Assembly (NCBI GenBank): GCA_031372565.1
Contig: JANMLN010000054.1
Coordinates: 32,001-96,000, forward strand
From: Gemmatimonadota bacterium
GTDB taxonomy: Bacteria; Gemmatimonadota; Gemmatimonadetes; Gemmatimonadales; Gemmatimonadaceae
DNA length: 64,000 bases
Direction of reading: 5' to 3'
Part shown: positions 39,526 through 51,300 of the stretch, piece after piece
How the letters are laid out: the number at the start of each line of letters is the position of its first letter
Numbering within the stretch: position 1 is the stretch's first letter
Program-made: the position numbers and the translations under genes
Notes under the pieces: generated by a model
What the model was told of the DNA's origin: nothing
Seen by the model: only the letters and a program-made list of their open reading frames with translations
Database searches by the model: none

Positions 39526-41961
39526 CTAGTACTTCCAGCTGTATCCCACCCGCACCACTTGCGTCTCCAGGTAGTCCGTGCTGACGAGCCGGAAGTTGCT
39601 GCCGCGAATCGTGCGCTCTGCCTGGTTCGTGTTGAACACATCGGTAGCGTTCACGACGATCTCGCCCCGTCCGCGCTGCACGCTCTTCCTCGCGCCGACA
39701 TCCAGCGCATAGCGGCTCCCGACCCGTCCTTGCGGGAGGAGGTCGGGGGCGAGGTAGACGTTGGACAGTTGCAGTTGCCACTCGCCGGGCAGGAACAGGG
39801 TCGCGTTCAGCTTGACGTTGCCCGAGGTGAGCTGCTCGCGCGCTGCCGTGTACGTGACCGGCACCGGGTAGAGGTTCACGACCGAGAAGGCATCGATCGT
39901 GCGGCGATACACGTTGGCGTTGGCATTGAGCTGCACGGTGGCGTTGACCGACTGCTGCCAGACCACTTCGCCCCCCGAGCTCCAACTGCGACCTGCGTTC
40001 TGGAACACGTTGTACAACAACACGCTCCCCGGAGCCTGCGTGGCGATGCGCGTGATCGTGCCGTCGACGATCCGGTGATACGCCGCGGCATACAGGCTGC
40101 CCTTGGCCCAGTTGGCCTTGTAACCCAGCTCCACGGAGGTGGAATACTGCGGCTTGAGCGCCGGGTTGCCGACCTTGATCAGCTCCGGTTCGTCGTACTT
40201 GGGGAAGATGCGGATGTCGACTTCGTTCGGCCGGTCCACGCGCCGGTTGAAGAAGAGCGAGAGCTTGTTGGAGTCGTCGAACTTCCAGGCCGCGCGCACG
40301 TTGGGGAACGGCTGGAAGTAGCGGTAGCCGTCGCTCCTGTACGTGTTGTGGTTGGGGTTGACGTCGTAGTCCAGCTCCACCGCCTCGACGCGAATCCCCC
40401 CTTCGAGTTCGAGCTGTTGGCTCTCGAACACGTAGTTGCCGTAGAGCGCGGGGATGATCTCGCGATACGTGGCCGCGCCCCCCGCCCCGGTATCGATCGG
40501 CGTGTTCTGCCCCGGGAAGAACTGCATGTTCACCGGGATCGCGCGATACCGTCCCTTGAAACCCCCCTCGAAGCGTCCCTGTGACAGCGGTCGGACATAG
40601 TCGACGTTCAGGTCCACGACATGTTCGTCGGACAGCAGCTTGAACGCATCGCGTCCGACAAAGGCGGGCAGGGTATTGGTGAAGAAGTACTTCTCGTCCT
40701 CGCGATGGAACGAGTAGTTGGACGTGAAGGTGAGCGTGTGCCCTGCCTGGGGAAACTTGTGCACGAGCGCCGCAGTCGCGAACGCGGTGTACTTGACCTC
40801 GTCCTCGAGGAACTGCCAGAGCCGATAGCGGTTCTGCACCGTCCCGTCGAAGTAGGGATTGTCGCCGTCGTCGAGGATCTTCTCCCGGTTGAACAGCGCG
40901 GACACGCGCAGCGTGTTGCGCTCGTCGAACGCATGGTCCACGCCACCATTGAGCGTGGCGTAGTCGGTGGTCCGGTTGCGCTTGATCTGCTGCACGATCA
41001 CCGTGCCGTCGTCGTACGTGCGCGTCGAGAACTCGTTCTTGTTGAGCGTCGGCGCATAGAGCCAGTCGGCCTGCAGGAAGGTGTTGGTCGCGCCGCTGCG
41101 GTAGTTGATCGCGGCCGACGGATTGAACTTGGGCGTGCCGCGGAACTGCTCGCGGATGGTGGGCAGGTTCTCCTTCTTGACCCAGAGCGCGCCCGCGCCC
41201 CCCACGATCCCCAGCCTGCCGTTGAAGCCCTTCTGCTCTTCCTTCTTGAAGATCAGGTTGATGATGCCGGCGCTCGCGTTCGCATCGAACTTGGCCGACG
41301 GATTGTTGATGATCTCGATGCGCTCCAGCGCCGATGCCGGCAGGTTGTCGAGCCCGAGCTGCGAGCCGAAGCCGGTGAGCGCGGTCTGCTTGCCATCGAT
41401 GAGGACCACCACCTTGTCGCTGCCGCGCACGAGCACCTTGCCGTCCTGCGCGACCGTCACCCCCGGCACCGTCGACATCGCCTGCAGGACCGACCCGCCC
41501 GCCTGCGTGATGTTGTCGCTGACGGTGAAGGTCTTGCGGTCCATCGCCTCGGCGACGGCCTCGGTCCCACCGGTGATCACGACGCCCGTCAGCGAGAGGG
41601 GCTCCCGCGCCATTGGCAGCGGCCCCAGGTCGAGGAAGGGGCTGAGTTCGCCAATCAGGACGCGCTGGCGAATCGGGCGATAGCCGATCGACCGGGCGAA
41701 GAGGACATACACCCCCTTCTTGAGCCCCGAGAAGGTGAAAGCGCCCGCCGCATCGGTGAGTCGACCCGTGACAAAGGTGCTGTCCTTCTCGGTCAGGAGT
41801 TGGAGGGAGAGGTACGGGAGTGCGGCCCGTGAGGCGGAGTCGACCAGTTGACCGGAGAGCGTGACGCCGGCGGCGGTGACCTGCGCCGAGAGGGGCGCGG
41901 CGATCGACAGGGCGAGGAGGAGCGACAGGAGGACGCGGTACGGCACGGTTGGGCGGGACAT
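39526..41961 (-). CDS. TonB-dependent receptor (outer-membrane beta-barrel family)
   Basis: Signal peptide, carboxypeptidase-like N-domain, plug PGV.V..DG..RGS..IDGK and IE.IE.I.NPSAKFDA, GNP.L.P, C-terminal aromatic (YSWKY). Confidence 0.9.
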   Translation of the reverse strand: MSRPTVPYRVLLSLLLALSIAAPLSAQVTAAGVTLSGQLVDSASRAALPYLSLQLLTEKDSTFVTGRLTDAAGAFTFSGLKKGVYVLFARSIGYRPIRQRVLIGELSPFLDLGPLPMAREPLSLTGVVITGGTEAVAEAMDRKTFTVSDNITQAGGSVLQAMSTVPGVTVAQDGKVLVRGSDKVVVLIDGKQTALTGFGSQLGLDNLPASALERIEIINNPSAKFDANASAGIINLIFKKEEQKGFNGRLGIVGGAGALWVKKENLPTIREQFRGTPKFNPSAAINYRSGATNTFLQADWLYAPTLNKNEFSTRTYDDGTVIVQQIKRNRTTDYATLNGGVDHAFDERNTLRVSALFNREKILDDGDNPYFDGTVQNRYRLWQFLEDEVKYTAFATAALVHKFPQAGHTLTFTSNYSFHREDEKYFFTNTLPAFVGRDAFKLLSDEHVVDLNVDYVRPLSQGRFEGGFKGRYRAIPVNMQFFPGQNTPIDTGAGGAATYREIIPALYGNYVFESQQLELEGGIRVEAVELDYDVNPNHNTYRSDGYRYFQPFPNVRAAWKFDDSNKLSLFFNRRVDRPNEVDIRIFPKYDEPELIKVGNPALKPQYSTSVELGYKANWAKGSLYAAAYHRIVDGTITRIATQAPGSVLLYNVFQNAGRSWSSGGEVVWQQSVNATVQLNANANVYRRTIDAFSVVNLYPVPVTYTAAREQLTSGNVKLNATLFLPGEWQLQLSNVYLAPDLLPQGRVGSRYALDVGARKSVQRGRGEIVVNATDVFNTNQAERTIRGSNFRLVSTDYLETQVVRVGYSWKY

Positions 41962-42348
41962 GTGGGAGCGTACGGAAGCGGCGTTCAATCTTACGTAGGG
42001 AGAACCCCTTCATGGTGGTCAGGGGGTTGGCGGCGCGTCTCGCGCAGTTCCTTCCTTTTGTGGCGAGCGTATGTGTGAAACATGAGACGGTTGTGTTGTC
42101 GGGTCGCCTCAGCGTGCCGTACGGCCGAACTCAGAAGCGTCCAATCTCGCTCGGAGAAATCAGAAGCGCACGCGAGGAGAGCAGCGGAGTGAGCAGGACG
42201 ACCCGAGCGCGCTCCGTGGAATGACTCGGCGCGGCGCGCTACTTGCATCACTTCAAGATGTCGAGCGACGTCGCTCGTCGAAGCATTCGTTTCTGATATA
42301 CGGTCGCCGACGCGACCAATCCCCCGCTGGTCTTGGAGCCCTACCATC

Positions 42349-43155
42349 ATGAAGCTTGCCGCACTCTTCACCGCAGGAGTCCTCTCGTTTGCCGCTACGA
42401 CGCTGTCGGCGCAAACGGATGTTTCCCCCGACCTCAGCACCGGAATCGGCAGCTTCTACACCGACCGATACGATCCGGCCCTCTTCGTGGTCAACAACGG
42501 CGTGCAGGGGCGCAACAACGTCCTGCAGATCGCGATCGACCGGACGACCGACCTGGTGAACCGGCCCTCGGGGTACGGGTTCACCTTCTACAACACGCAG
42601 GGTCGCAAGACCAACGTCAACACGAGCGGCTCGTGGCTGTTCAAGTCGGACCTGTTCGTGTCGTCGAGCTGGAGCACGCCGAGTCTGGGGTTCGCCCGAA
42701 CCGACATGTGGGCCACCTCCACCGATGACCCGGCGTTCACCAATCCGTCCGCGTACCCGATCGTCGGTTTCACCAACTACGGTGGCCTCGCCCGGTTCCG
42801 CGGCTACGACATCAACACCGGCAACTGGATCAACTTCTCGAACACCGTGAACTTCGGTGCCTGGAATTCCCTTGAAATGCGCTACGACGCCAACACGACG
42901 TCGCTGAGCTATCTCGTGAACGGTTCCTTGGCTGCCACGCTGAACGACGCCAACGCATCGACCGGCGTCGCCAACGTCATGTACCAGGCCTACAACTTCA
43001 ACGATCCGAACCTCGGCGTGTCGGGCAACGCCGACTACACCGTGAACTGGTCGAACACGGAAGTCGTGCCTGAGCCGTCGACCTACGCGCTGATGGCAAC
43101 CGGCCTCTCCTTCGTGGGCGCCCTGCGTCGCCGTCGTCGCGTCGTCGCGAAGTAA
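42349..43155 (+). CDS. PEP-CTERM exosortase substrate protein
   Basis: Signal peptide; Asn/Thr/Ser-rich body; VVPEPSTYALMATGL-TM-RRRRR. GGAG RBS. Confidence 0.92.
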   Translation: MKLAALFTAGVLSFAATTLSAQTDVSPDLSTGIGSFYTDRYDPALFVVNNGVQGRNNVLQIAIDRTTDLVNRPSGYGFTFYNTQGRKTNVNTSGSWLFKSDLFVSSSWSTPSLGFARTDMWATSTDDPAFTNPSAYPIVGFTNYGGLARFRGYDINTGNWINFSNTVNFGAWNSLEMRYDANTTSLSYLVNGSLAATLNDANASTGVANVMYQAYNFNDPNLGVSGNADYTVNWSNTEVVPEPSTYALMATGLSFVGALRRRRRVVAK

Positions 43156-43186
43156 GCACGCACGCTGCACCTCGCACGGTACGATC

Positions 43187-43219
43187 ATCGCCCCTTGGTC
43201 TTCGCGACCAGGGGGCGAT
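43187..43219. terminator. Intrinsic terminator between convergent genes
   Basis: ATCGCCCCTTGGTC-ttcgc-GACCAGGGGGCGAT, a 14-bp stem with one G-U pair. Confidence 0.75.
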
Positions 43220-43261
43220 CCTCGTTTCCACGTCCGGCCAACCAGCCGCGTCTGCCTTCGA

Positions 43262-43786
43262 TCATCCCGGCTGTTCGCGGCGGTACCCCCACCGCCATAC
43301 GGTGCCAGCGTCAGGGTCCTGAGCCTCGCCAACCAGCTTGAGCCCGACCTTCTCGAGAATGCGTGTCGAGGCGTTCCGCTCCGGCAGCGTCAGCGCAACA
43401 ACCTCTCGAACCGCCTCCGAAGAGATCGCTCGCCTCACCAGTTCGGTGGCCATGGCGGTCGCGTAGCCCCGGCCCTCGAACTCAGGAAAGGTGAAATAGG
43501 CGATCTCGACCGCGCCATCCTCCCCCGGACCATGCGCGAACCCGCAGGTACCGACCACCAACGCCAGCTCGCTATCGACCACGAGGTAACCGCCCCACTC
43601 TGGCGCGCGGGGCACGTTGGCGAACAGCGCCAAGGTCTGCGACACCACCTCACGGAGCACCGGCAGGTTCTCGCCAAGGGATGCGCCATAGGCGCTGGCG
43701 AAACTGTCGGACGGTTCCGCGATGATCCGATGCAGCCTCTCGTCGACGTTCAGCAGTCCAACCGATCGCACGCTGTGCCTCATCAC
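43262..43786 (-). CDS. GNAT (RimJ/RimL-like) N-acetyltransferase
   Basis: VG.CGF, VEIAY.....FEGRGYAT, N.AS.RILEKVG. Confidence 0.85.
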   Translation of the reverse strand: MMRHSVRSVGLLNVDERLHRIIAEPSDSFASAYGASLGENLPVLREVVSQTLALFANVPRAPEWGGYLVVDSELALVVGTCGFAHGPGEDGAVEIAYFTFPEFEGRGYATAMATELVRRAISSEAVREVVALTLPERNASTRILEKVGLKLVGEAQDPDAGTVWRWGYRREQPG

Positions 43787-45651
43787 GCCAGAAACTCGCC
43801 CAGTTCCGCTTCGCTCAGCTGCGCGACAAGCTCCCGGCCATGGTCGTACCCCTTGCCGGCAATCGCATCGAAGGAGCGCCAGTCCAGCAGGCTGTAGCGG
43901 CTCACATCAGGATTGAAGTACAAGTCCATGTACCGCTTGGTCTCGGTGCGCCGAGCCGAGCTGTACAGGAGCATTGAGTTGATCATGATCGCGACCAGCG
44001 AGGGTACGCGGTACTTCTTCTGATGCTTGGAGCGAAACCGGTCGCGAAGCAGCGACATGGGGCGCGGCATTTCCGTGAAGTTCAACTTGCGCGGCTTGTC
44101 GATCACCAGATCGACGCCGATCACCTTGCCCACGCCCAACCGGCTCATCACGTCGGCTGGAAAATTGTTGAACGTGCCTCCGTCGACCAGGAGATCATCG
44201 CCATCGACCACTGGCGGAAAGACCCCCGGAATCGCCGTGGTCGCCCGCAGGTACTTGATGAGCGGGCCGCGCGTGTGAACGACCTCCCGCGCTTGCGAGA
44301 AGTTGCTCGACACCATGAACAGCGTCCGCCAGCTGTCCTCGATGTCGGGTTCCTCGCGCCCCAGAAACTCCCGGACGGAGTTGCTGATCATCTGCTGCAT
44401 CCGCACCCCGCGAATCAGCGAGACCAGAGGGATCCAGTTGTAGTCCTTGGTCGGGTTGTACAGCGCGCCCTTCTTCATGGTCTGTGCGACGCGGTCGGCG
44501 GGCTTGTCGTACGAGATCGCAGCCGCCACGACGGCACCGATGCTCGTTCCTCCCACATAATCGATCGGGATACCGGCCTCTTCGAGTGCCTTCAACACGC
44601 CGATGTGCGCGAACCCCTTCGCTCCGCCGCCAGCCAGCACCAGCCCGATCGCGTTGCCGCTCAGGATCCGGGCCAGCCGGCCCATGTCGCGGGCGAGCCC
44701 CTGCCGGATGTGATAGTGGGCCTTCATGCCGGGCCGATGCCGCAGCCATGCGGCCGTCCCGTGCGGCGACGCGGTATCGGCCGGGTGCACCAGCACCAGC
44801 ACCTCGGCCGCACCCAGCTGCCGCTTCCACGACTGGTATTCCGACTCCAGCTCGCTCAACTCGGGCGATTCGCGGGTGTCGGCGAGGAACAGGATCTCAT
44901 CGGCCTGCCGCAAGCACCGGCGCGTCCATTCCGTCATGGTGCGGTCCGCCACGTACACCAGGAACTCGTGCTGCGACTCGATGTCATCCAGCCAGCGTGT
45001 CAGCTCGCGGTACGTCGCGCTGTCGCTCTTCTCGGCTTGCGCCAGCCCTGGACGGCCGCGGGCAGCGTCGACCGACGCGCTCGATGCCACGTAGATCGCA
45101 CCCCGCTTGGCGAGGAGCGGCTGCAGTTGCTCCACGAAGTCGGCCAGCGGAATGGTGTCGTGCACCGCGAACAGGCAGATGTTGACCGGCTTCTTGATCG
45201 GCTTGCGCGGATTCTGCGCCGTCTGCAGGCGGTTGATGATGAGCCTGGTGACGTTCATGGCGACACCAGGATACGCCGCAATGACCTCCTCGAACGTCTC
45301 CTTGGACAACCGCACCAGGAGACTGTCCCGGATGGCCACGATGGTGGCACTGCGAGGCGCCTCCGTGAACACCGCCATCTCGCCGACCGTCTCTCCCCGC
45401 ACGATCTCCCCGATCACCTTCGGCTGACCATCCGCATCGGTGATGAGCGCCTTCAAGCGGCCACTGATCACGAAGTAGAGCGTGGTGTCGATGTCATGCT
45501 GGCGAAAGAGGGTTTCGCCCCCGCCAAGCTCCACCCACTCCAGCTTGGGCTCGATCAACGACAGCATGGTCTCGTCGAACTCACCGAAGATCCGGGTGAG
45601 GTTGCTGATCAACAGTTCATGCTGTCCGTGCTGCGAGTGCGATTCCAGCAT
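43783..45651 (-). CDS. cNMP-binding domain patatin-like phospholipase (NTE/RssA-like)
   Basis: cNMP domain (GETVGEMA...PRSAT), GGGAKG, GTSIG, DGG. Confidence 0.9.
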   Translation of the reverse strand: MLESHSQHGQHELLISNLTRIFGEFDETMLSLIEPKLEWVELGGGETLFRQHDIDTTLYFVISGRLKALITDADGQPKVIGEIVRGETVGEMAVFTEAPRSATIVAIRDSLLVRLSKETFEEVIAAYPGVAMNVTRLIINRLQTAQNPRKPIKKPVNICLFAVHDTIPLADFVEQLQPLLAKRGAIYVASSASVDAARGRPGLAQAEKSDSATYRELTRWLDDIESQHEFLVYVADRTMTEWTRRCLRQADEILFLADTRESPELSELESEYQSWKRQLGAAEVLVLVHPADTASPHGTAAWLRHRPGMKAHYHIRQGLARDMGRLARILSGNAIGLVLAGGGAKGFAHIGVLKALEEAGIPIDYVGGTSIGAVVAAAISYDKPADRVAQTMKKGALYNPTKDYNWIPLVSLIRGVRMQQMISNSVREFLGREEPDIEDSWRTLFMVSSNFSQAREVVHTRGPLIKYLRATTAIPGVFPPVVDGDDLLVDGGTFNNFPADVMSRLGVGKVIGVDLVIDKPRKLNFTEMPRPMSLLRDRFRSKHQKKYRVPSLVAIMINSMLLYSSARRTETKRYMDLYFNPDVSRYSLLDWRSFDAIAGKGYDHGRELVAQLSEAELGEFLA

Positions 45652-45733
45652 GCGGGATGGTCGGGAGTTGTCGGATTGGTCGAGCGGCTGCCGCGGGGAT
45701 GGCCGCTCGGGTGGGTACGGCGGTGGCGTCACG

Positions 45734-46660
45734 TCACGGCGCAAAGCCGGGCGGCATGCGCGTTGCCCCACCTGGAGCCGCGAACCGTTGAATCAATGAC
45801 GCCTGTGCGGGATAGGCGGCGAGCAGTTCGGTCGCGACGCCGGCCTCGAAGCAGTCACCGGTGAATCCCGGCGCCATGGTGCAACCGAAGAGCGCATAGC
45901 GTCCTCCGGGGACCAGGCCGCCTGCTTGCCAGACCCCGGCAGGCACGACGTACTGCACCACCTGTCCCGCGTGTGGATCCGTGCCCATCACAACCGTCTC
46001 GTACCGGCCATCGGCGTGCAGCAGGTGGAGCGTGAACGGATCGCCGGCATAGGCGTGCCACACTTCCTCGTGCGTGAGCCGGTGCAGGCAGGAGATGCTC
46101 TCCGGGCTGTTCGCGTACATGCCGATCATCGCCGTGCCGGCAGGCGTGCCACGAGCGTCGTCATGCGTCGATCGCCACGTGCTGCGATACAACGTGCCCT
46201 CGACCGGCAGGCGATCGAAGCGATAGTGCCGGAGCATGGCGACCGTGTCGGCGTGGATCGATTGGCCGTCGAATCGTGCGAGATCGATCACGTCGATGAT
46301 CGCGTCGAGATTGATGGGGCCGTAGCAGTGAGGAAAGAGGTCGCTCGCGCGTGGATCGGGACGGGATGATTCCGGTGACGCCGAGGGGTGCAGCGGAGCC
46401 GGAGCCTCGTAGACCAGCGGCGCCGTGAGCAGCGTCGGGTCGACGATGAGCAGCACGAGATCGGGAACGCCGTCGAAGTAGGCACGCGCGGTGGGCAGCA
46501 CCTGATGCCCCCGCGAGAGGTGAATGAACCCCTCGTTGTCCAGGCTGTCCGCGCGATAGGCGTCGGTGCTGCGAGCCTCGGCCCACGCGGCACGCGAGCA
46601 GATGTGGAAGACGGCAGTCTCGCGGGGTGCATCCGCCCGTGCATCAGTGCTCGCGATCAT
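45734..46660 (-). CDS. DUF952 + cupin_5 (DUF985) fusion protein
   Basis: N-half: FHI....W, SL..EGFIHLS..QV..TA, FPH.YGPIN.DA. C-half: P.EG..Y, LHRL..EVWH.Y.G.P, VP.G.WQ, L.GCT.APGF...FE. Confidence 0.85.
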   Translation of the reverse strand: MIASTDARADAPRETAVFHICSRAAWAEARSTDAYRADSLDNEGFIHLSRGHQVLPTARAYFDGVPDLVLLIVDPTLLTAPLVYEAPAPLHPSASPESSRPDPRASDLFPHCYGPINLDAIIDVIDLARFDGQSIHADTVAMLRHYRFDRLPVEGTLYRSTWRSTHDDARGTPAGTAMIGMYANSPESISCLHRLTHEEVWHAYAGDPFTLHLLHADGRYETVVMGTDPHAGQVVQYVVPAGVWQAGGLVPGGRYALFGCTMAPGFTGDCFEAGVATELLAAYPAQASLIQRFAAPGGATRMPPGFAP

Positions 46661-48246
46661 CGGGCGCCGGTCATCACGTAGGTCGCACTCGTGGGTGTGG
46701 CACCTGCCGTCCGACGCAGTCGCCCGTTAGCCGCCAGATGTTCGAGAAGCTTGAACACCGTCTCGGCGTGCTCGGCAAGACCCGCCGCGGCAGCCACCTG
46801 CTCGGCCGTGCGTGGTGTCGGCGTGGCCCGCAAAGCGGCGAGCACGCCGTGCTGCATGGTGAGCACCGCCGTCGCCGCCTTCTTGCCCGCCTCGACCCCC
46901 GGCTGATGGTAGGCGTTCACATTCACCAGTGAGGCGTACAAGCCCACCGCACGCTCGTACAGGGCGATCAGCGCCCCCACCGACCGTGGGCTCACATCCG
47001 GCAGCGTCAGGGTCATCGACTCGCGGTCGTTCTGATGCATCGCCTCGCGCGTGCCGAGCATGAAGCCGAGCAGGTAGTCACCCGCTGTCACGTCCGGCTC
47101 GACGTCCAGTGCGGGTCCCTGCTGATCGGCCAGCACGTCAACGAAGGTGAGAAAGAAGTTGTGCACGCCGTCGCGGAGCTGCTGCACGTACGCGTGCTGA
47201 TCGGTCGATCCCTTGTTGCCGTACACGGCAATGCCCTGATGCACCACGGCGCCCGACAGATCGCGCTCCTTGCCCAGCGACTCCATGACCAACTGCTGGA
47301 GGTAGCGCGAGAAGAGCAGCAGGCGATCCTTGTAGGGCAGGACCACCATGTCCTTCGTGCCGCGACCGCCGCCGGCGTGATACCACATCAGCGCCAGCAG
47401 CGCGGCAGGATTCGCGGCCACCGTGGTCGTCCGCGTCGCCACGTCCATCAGGCGTGCCCCGTCGATCAATGCACGGATGTCGATGCCCTGCAGTGCGGCC
47501 GGCAACAGGCCGACAGCCGAGAAGACCGAGGTGCGACCACCCACCCAGTCCCACATCGGGAACCTCGCCAGCCAGCCACCGGCCGTCGCGACGCGGTCGA
47601 GTTCGCTTCCATCACCCGTGACGGCGACGGCGTGTTTCGCGAAACTGAGGCCGGCCGTTCGGTACGCCGCATCGGCAAACAGCATCCCGTTGCGCGTCTC
47701 CTTGGTGCCACCCGACTTGGAGATGACCAGCGTCAGCGTGGTGGCGAGCCGGTCACCAAGGCGCTCGATCACGCGCGCCATGCCGTCGGGGTCGGTGTTG
47801 TCGAAGAAGTGCGGCGCGAGCTTGTCCGCGCCCGTGCCCAGTGCATCGGCGATGAACTGCGGTCCGAGTGCCGAGCCGCCGATCCCGATCACCAACACCT
47901 GCTCGAAGCGGGCGCCACGCTCGGCGCAGATGGCACCACTGTGCACCGCTGCCGCGAACTGCTGGATGCGCTCCAGCGTGCTCGTGATCGCGGAGCGCAG
48001 GGCCGGCTCCGGCGCCAGCTCGGGCGCACGCAGCCAGTAGTGGCCGACCATGCGCCCTTCATCCGGATTCGCGATGGCGCCGGCCTCGAGCGACTGCATC
48101 GCCGCAAACGCCGTGGCCATCGGAGCGGCCATGCGGTCCGCGAAGTCATCGGCGAAGCGCATGCGCGAAATGTCGAGCGACATCCCGAGCGACTCGATGA
48201 CGCAGAGATGGGCGCGGTAGCGCTCCCAGAGTTCGAGCGTGTTCAT
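46657..48246 (-). CDS. pgi: Glucose-6-phosphate isomerase
   Basis: [56 protein letters not shown]. Start MNTLELW. Confidence 0.95.
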   Translation of the reverse strand: MNTLELWERYRAHLCVIESLGMSLDISRMRFADDFADRMAAPMATAFAAMQSLEAGAIANPDEGRMVGHYWLRAPELAPEPALRSAITSTLERIQQFAAAVHSGAICAERGARFEQVLVIGIGGSALGPQFIADALGTGADKLAPHFFDNTDPDGMARVIERLGDRLATTLTLVISKSGGTKETRNGMLFADAAYRTAGLSFAKHAVAVTGDGSELDRVATAGGWLARFPMWDWVGGRTSVFSAVGLLPAALQGIDIRALIDGARLMDVATRTTTVAANPAALLALMWYHAGGGRGTKDMVVLPYKDRLLLFSRYLQQLVMESLGKERDLSGAVVHQGIAVYGNKGSTDQHAYVQQLRDGVHNFFLTFVDVLADQQGPALDVEPDVTAGDYLLGFMLGTREAMHQNDRESMTLTLPDVSPRSVGALIALYERAVGLYASLVNVNAYHQPGVEAGKKAATAVLTMQHGVLAALRATPTPRTAEQVAAAAGLAEHAETVFKLLEHLAANGRLRRTAGATPTSATYVMTGAR

Positions 48247-48302
48247 GGCAGCTCCTTGGCACTGGCCACCACGGCATCGGTGGTGAAGCCGAAGTTGGCC
48301 AG
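48243..48302 (-). pseudogene. tkt: 3'-terminal relic of transketolase
   Basis: Reads [19 protein letters not shown], matching the L..FGFT...VV..AK.L transketolase ending. Its TGA overlaps the pgi ATG. Confidence 0.6.
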
Positions 48303-48374
48303 TCGTTGTTGACGGAGGCAGAACGCTACCACGATGCGCGTCCGGCTGCTCCTCGAACAGTTCCCGGCAGGGCC

Positions 48375-51300
48375 CTACGGCACCGCCCCTCCCAGCGCGC
48401 GACTGTACTGCCGTCGCAGCACCAGCCACTGCGCCTCGAGATCCACCTTCCGCGCCAGCACCCCCGCCAACGGTCTCCCCTCGGCGCTCCCCGACCCGTA
48501 CCCCCCGTCGCCGACCAGCGCGTTGTACAGCGCGCCATAGTGCGCGAGCAGACGCGCGGGCGCGACGGTGCTCGGGGGCGTGGCCCGCGCAACAAGCGCA
48601 CGCTCGATCGCGCTCATCGAGTCGCGCTGCGCAGCCGGCAGCGCCCGGATGGCCGCCACGATCTCGTTGATCGCCGTGATCGTATCACGCACCGCGCGCG
48701 CCGAACGGAACTGCGCGTCGTAGTCCGCCTGCGTGATCGACGGTGCCGCCGGATTCCCGATGATCGTCAATGTGCGCGTCCGTACCACGCTGTCGGCGGT
48801 GAGGCGCACGGCGTATCGGCCGGGCGGCAGCTTGACCCCTTCGCCACTGAATCCGGAGGTGCCGTTCCGCGGGCCCTCCGTCCTGAGGTCCCATTCGACG
48901 CGCTGGAACCCTGCGCTGCTGCGCAGCTTCGCCGTGCCATTGGCGCGCGCCGCCGCGCTGTCGCTGTCGAAGCGCCGCACCACCGCGTTCAGCGAGTCCA
49001 TTATCTCGACACCGACGCGCTTGGCCGCGCTCGGCAGCACGAAGTTGATCAGGGCGCCGTCGGGCAGGTCGTCGGGCTTGGTGAGATCCACTTCGCGGAG
49101 CGGCTCGCCGACCGTACCGCGTGCCGCGGGGCGAGGCGTGTACAGTCGCACGGCCACCGCGCGATCGCGCGCAACTTCCCGCAGCGGCGTGAGATCGTCG
49201 AGCACCCAGAACGAGCGGCCCTGCGTCGACAGCACCAGGTCACCACGATGCACCTTCATGTCGGTCACCGGGGTCACGGGCAGGTTGAGCTGCAGCGGCT
49301 GCCAGCGCACGCCATCGTCGAACGAGACGTACGCGCCGAACTCGGTGCCGGCGTAGAGCAGGCCGCGCTGCACATCGTCTTCGCGGACCACGCGCACGAA
49401 ATGGCGCGCCGGGATGCCGTTGGTTCCATCGGCAATGCGGCGCCAGGTGGCCCCGAAGTCGTCCGTCCGGAAGACGTACGGCGTGAAGTCGTCCTCACGG
49501 TACCGCTGCACCGTCACGAACGCGCGCCCGGGCGCATGCGGCGAGAGGGTGATCCGATTCACGGTGCCACGTGCCGGCATGCCGGGTGGCGTGATCTTTC
49601 GCCAGGTCGCGCCATCATCCCGCGTGATCTGCACGAGCCCGTCATCGGTGCCGACCCAGATGGTGCGCGTATCGGTCAATGACGGCGCCACCGCGAAGAT
49701 GGTCGTGAACACTTCGACCCCCGTGTGATCCGGCGTGATCGGGCCGCCGGGCCACTGCTGAAACGTGGGATCGTTCGTCGTGAGATCGGGGGACATGCGC
49801 GTCCACGCCGTGCCACCGTCGCGGCTCCGATAGAGGTACTGGCTGGCGTGGTACAGCGTGCGCGGCTCCAGGGGCGACACGACAATCGGTGCCACCCACT
49901 GCCAGCGATTCGTCATCTCGGCCGGCGCCAGGCTCGTCGCTTCCGGCCACCCCTTCACCGAGATGCGCGTGTCGGTGGCCAGCTCGTAGCGATTGATGGC
50001 GCCGCCATAGCAGCCGCCCCAGATGGTGCCCGGGTGGTCGGGATGGACGGCCACCGGCCCCGTCTCACATCCCGCGCCGTAACCCCATTCCTGCTGCGGC
50101 CGCAGCGAATTGTGCAGCCGGCGCTGCAGCACGCTGATCGCCGTGTTGTCCTGCTGTGATCCATAGATGCGATACGGATACTGATTGTCCACCTGCACGT
50201 CGTACAACTCCGCCGTGGGCTGGTTGTACATCGACGAGAAGGTGCGGCCGTCATTCAGCGTCACGGTGGTGCCGCCGTCGTCCGAGACGGCGAAGATCGA
50301 CGGGTTCACCGGGTTGATCCAGATATCGTGCACATCGCCGTGTGGCACAGGCACCACGTCGAAGCGCGCGCCGGCATCCTCCGACCGGAGCGCCGCCACG
50401 TTGAGCACGTACACACGATCACGATTCCGCGGATCGGCGCGGACATGTCCATAGTAGAACGGCCGGCCACGCACGCGCGATTCGCTGTTCACGCGCGTCC
50501 ACGTGGTACCGCGATCATCGGACCGATACAGCCCCCCGTCCGGCTCGGCTTCGATGAGCACCCAGAGACGGCTCGGATCGGCGGGCGACTGTGTCACCTG
50601 CACCTTGCCGACCATCCCCGTGGGCAGCCCGCCGCCAACCTTGGTCCACGAGTCGCCGCCATCCCGTGAGCGATAGAGCCCACCCTCCGGTCCGCCCGAG
50701 ATGAGCGTCCACGGCTTCCGCTCGGCGCGCCACATGCCGGCCCACAGTTCACGCGGATCATCCGGGCTCATCACGATCGAGACGCCACCGGTGCTGTCGT
50801 TGAGCGCCAGCACATGCTGCCACGTCGTGCCACCGTCGCGCGTGCGGAAGATGCCACGCTCGCTGTTCCGTCCGAACGGATGACCGAGCGCGGCCACGAA
50901 CACTTCGTCCGGGTTCGCCGGATGCACCACCAGCTTGCCGATCGCGCCCGCTTCGCGCAGGCCGACAAAGCGCCAGCTCCGCCCCGCATCGATGGACTTC
51001 CAGACGCCGGTGCCCGTCGAGACGTTGCCGCGAATCGAGGCGCTGCCGGTGCCCACGTAGATCGTGTTCGGGTCGCTGTCCGCGACATCTATGGCGCCGA
51101 TATTCCCGTTGTCGAGGTATCGATCCGTGATCGGTGTCCAGTGCGTGCCGGCATCGTCGCTCTTCCAGACGCCGCCGCCGGTCGTGCCCATGTAGAACAG
51201 GTGTGGCTGGCTTGCGACCCCCGTGACCGCCGTGGCCCGACCGCCCCGGAAGGGACCCACCATCCGGTAGCGCATGCCGCCAAAGAGCGCGCTGTCGACG

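Noticed and set aside
42003..42028. Hairpin upstream of the TonB receptor as a riboswitch
   Set aside because: Only a short stem; no cobalamin, TPP or other aptamer motif recognised.
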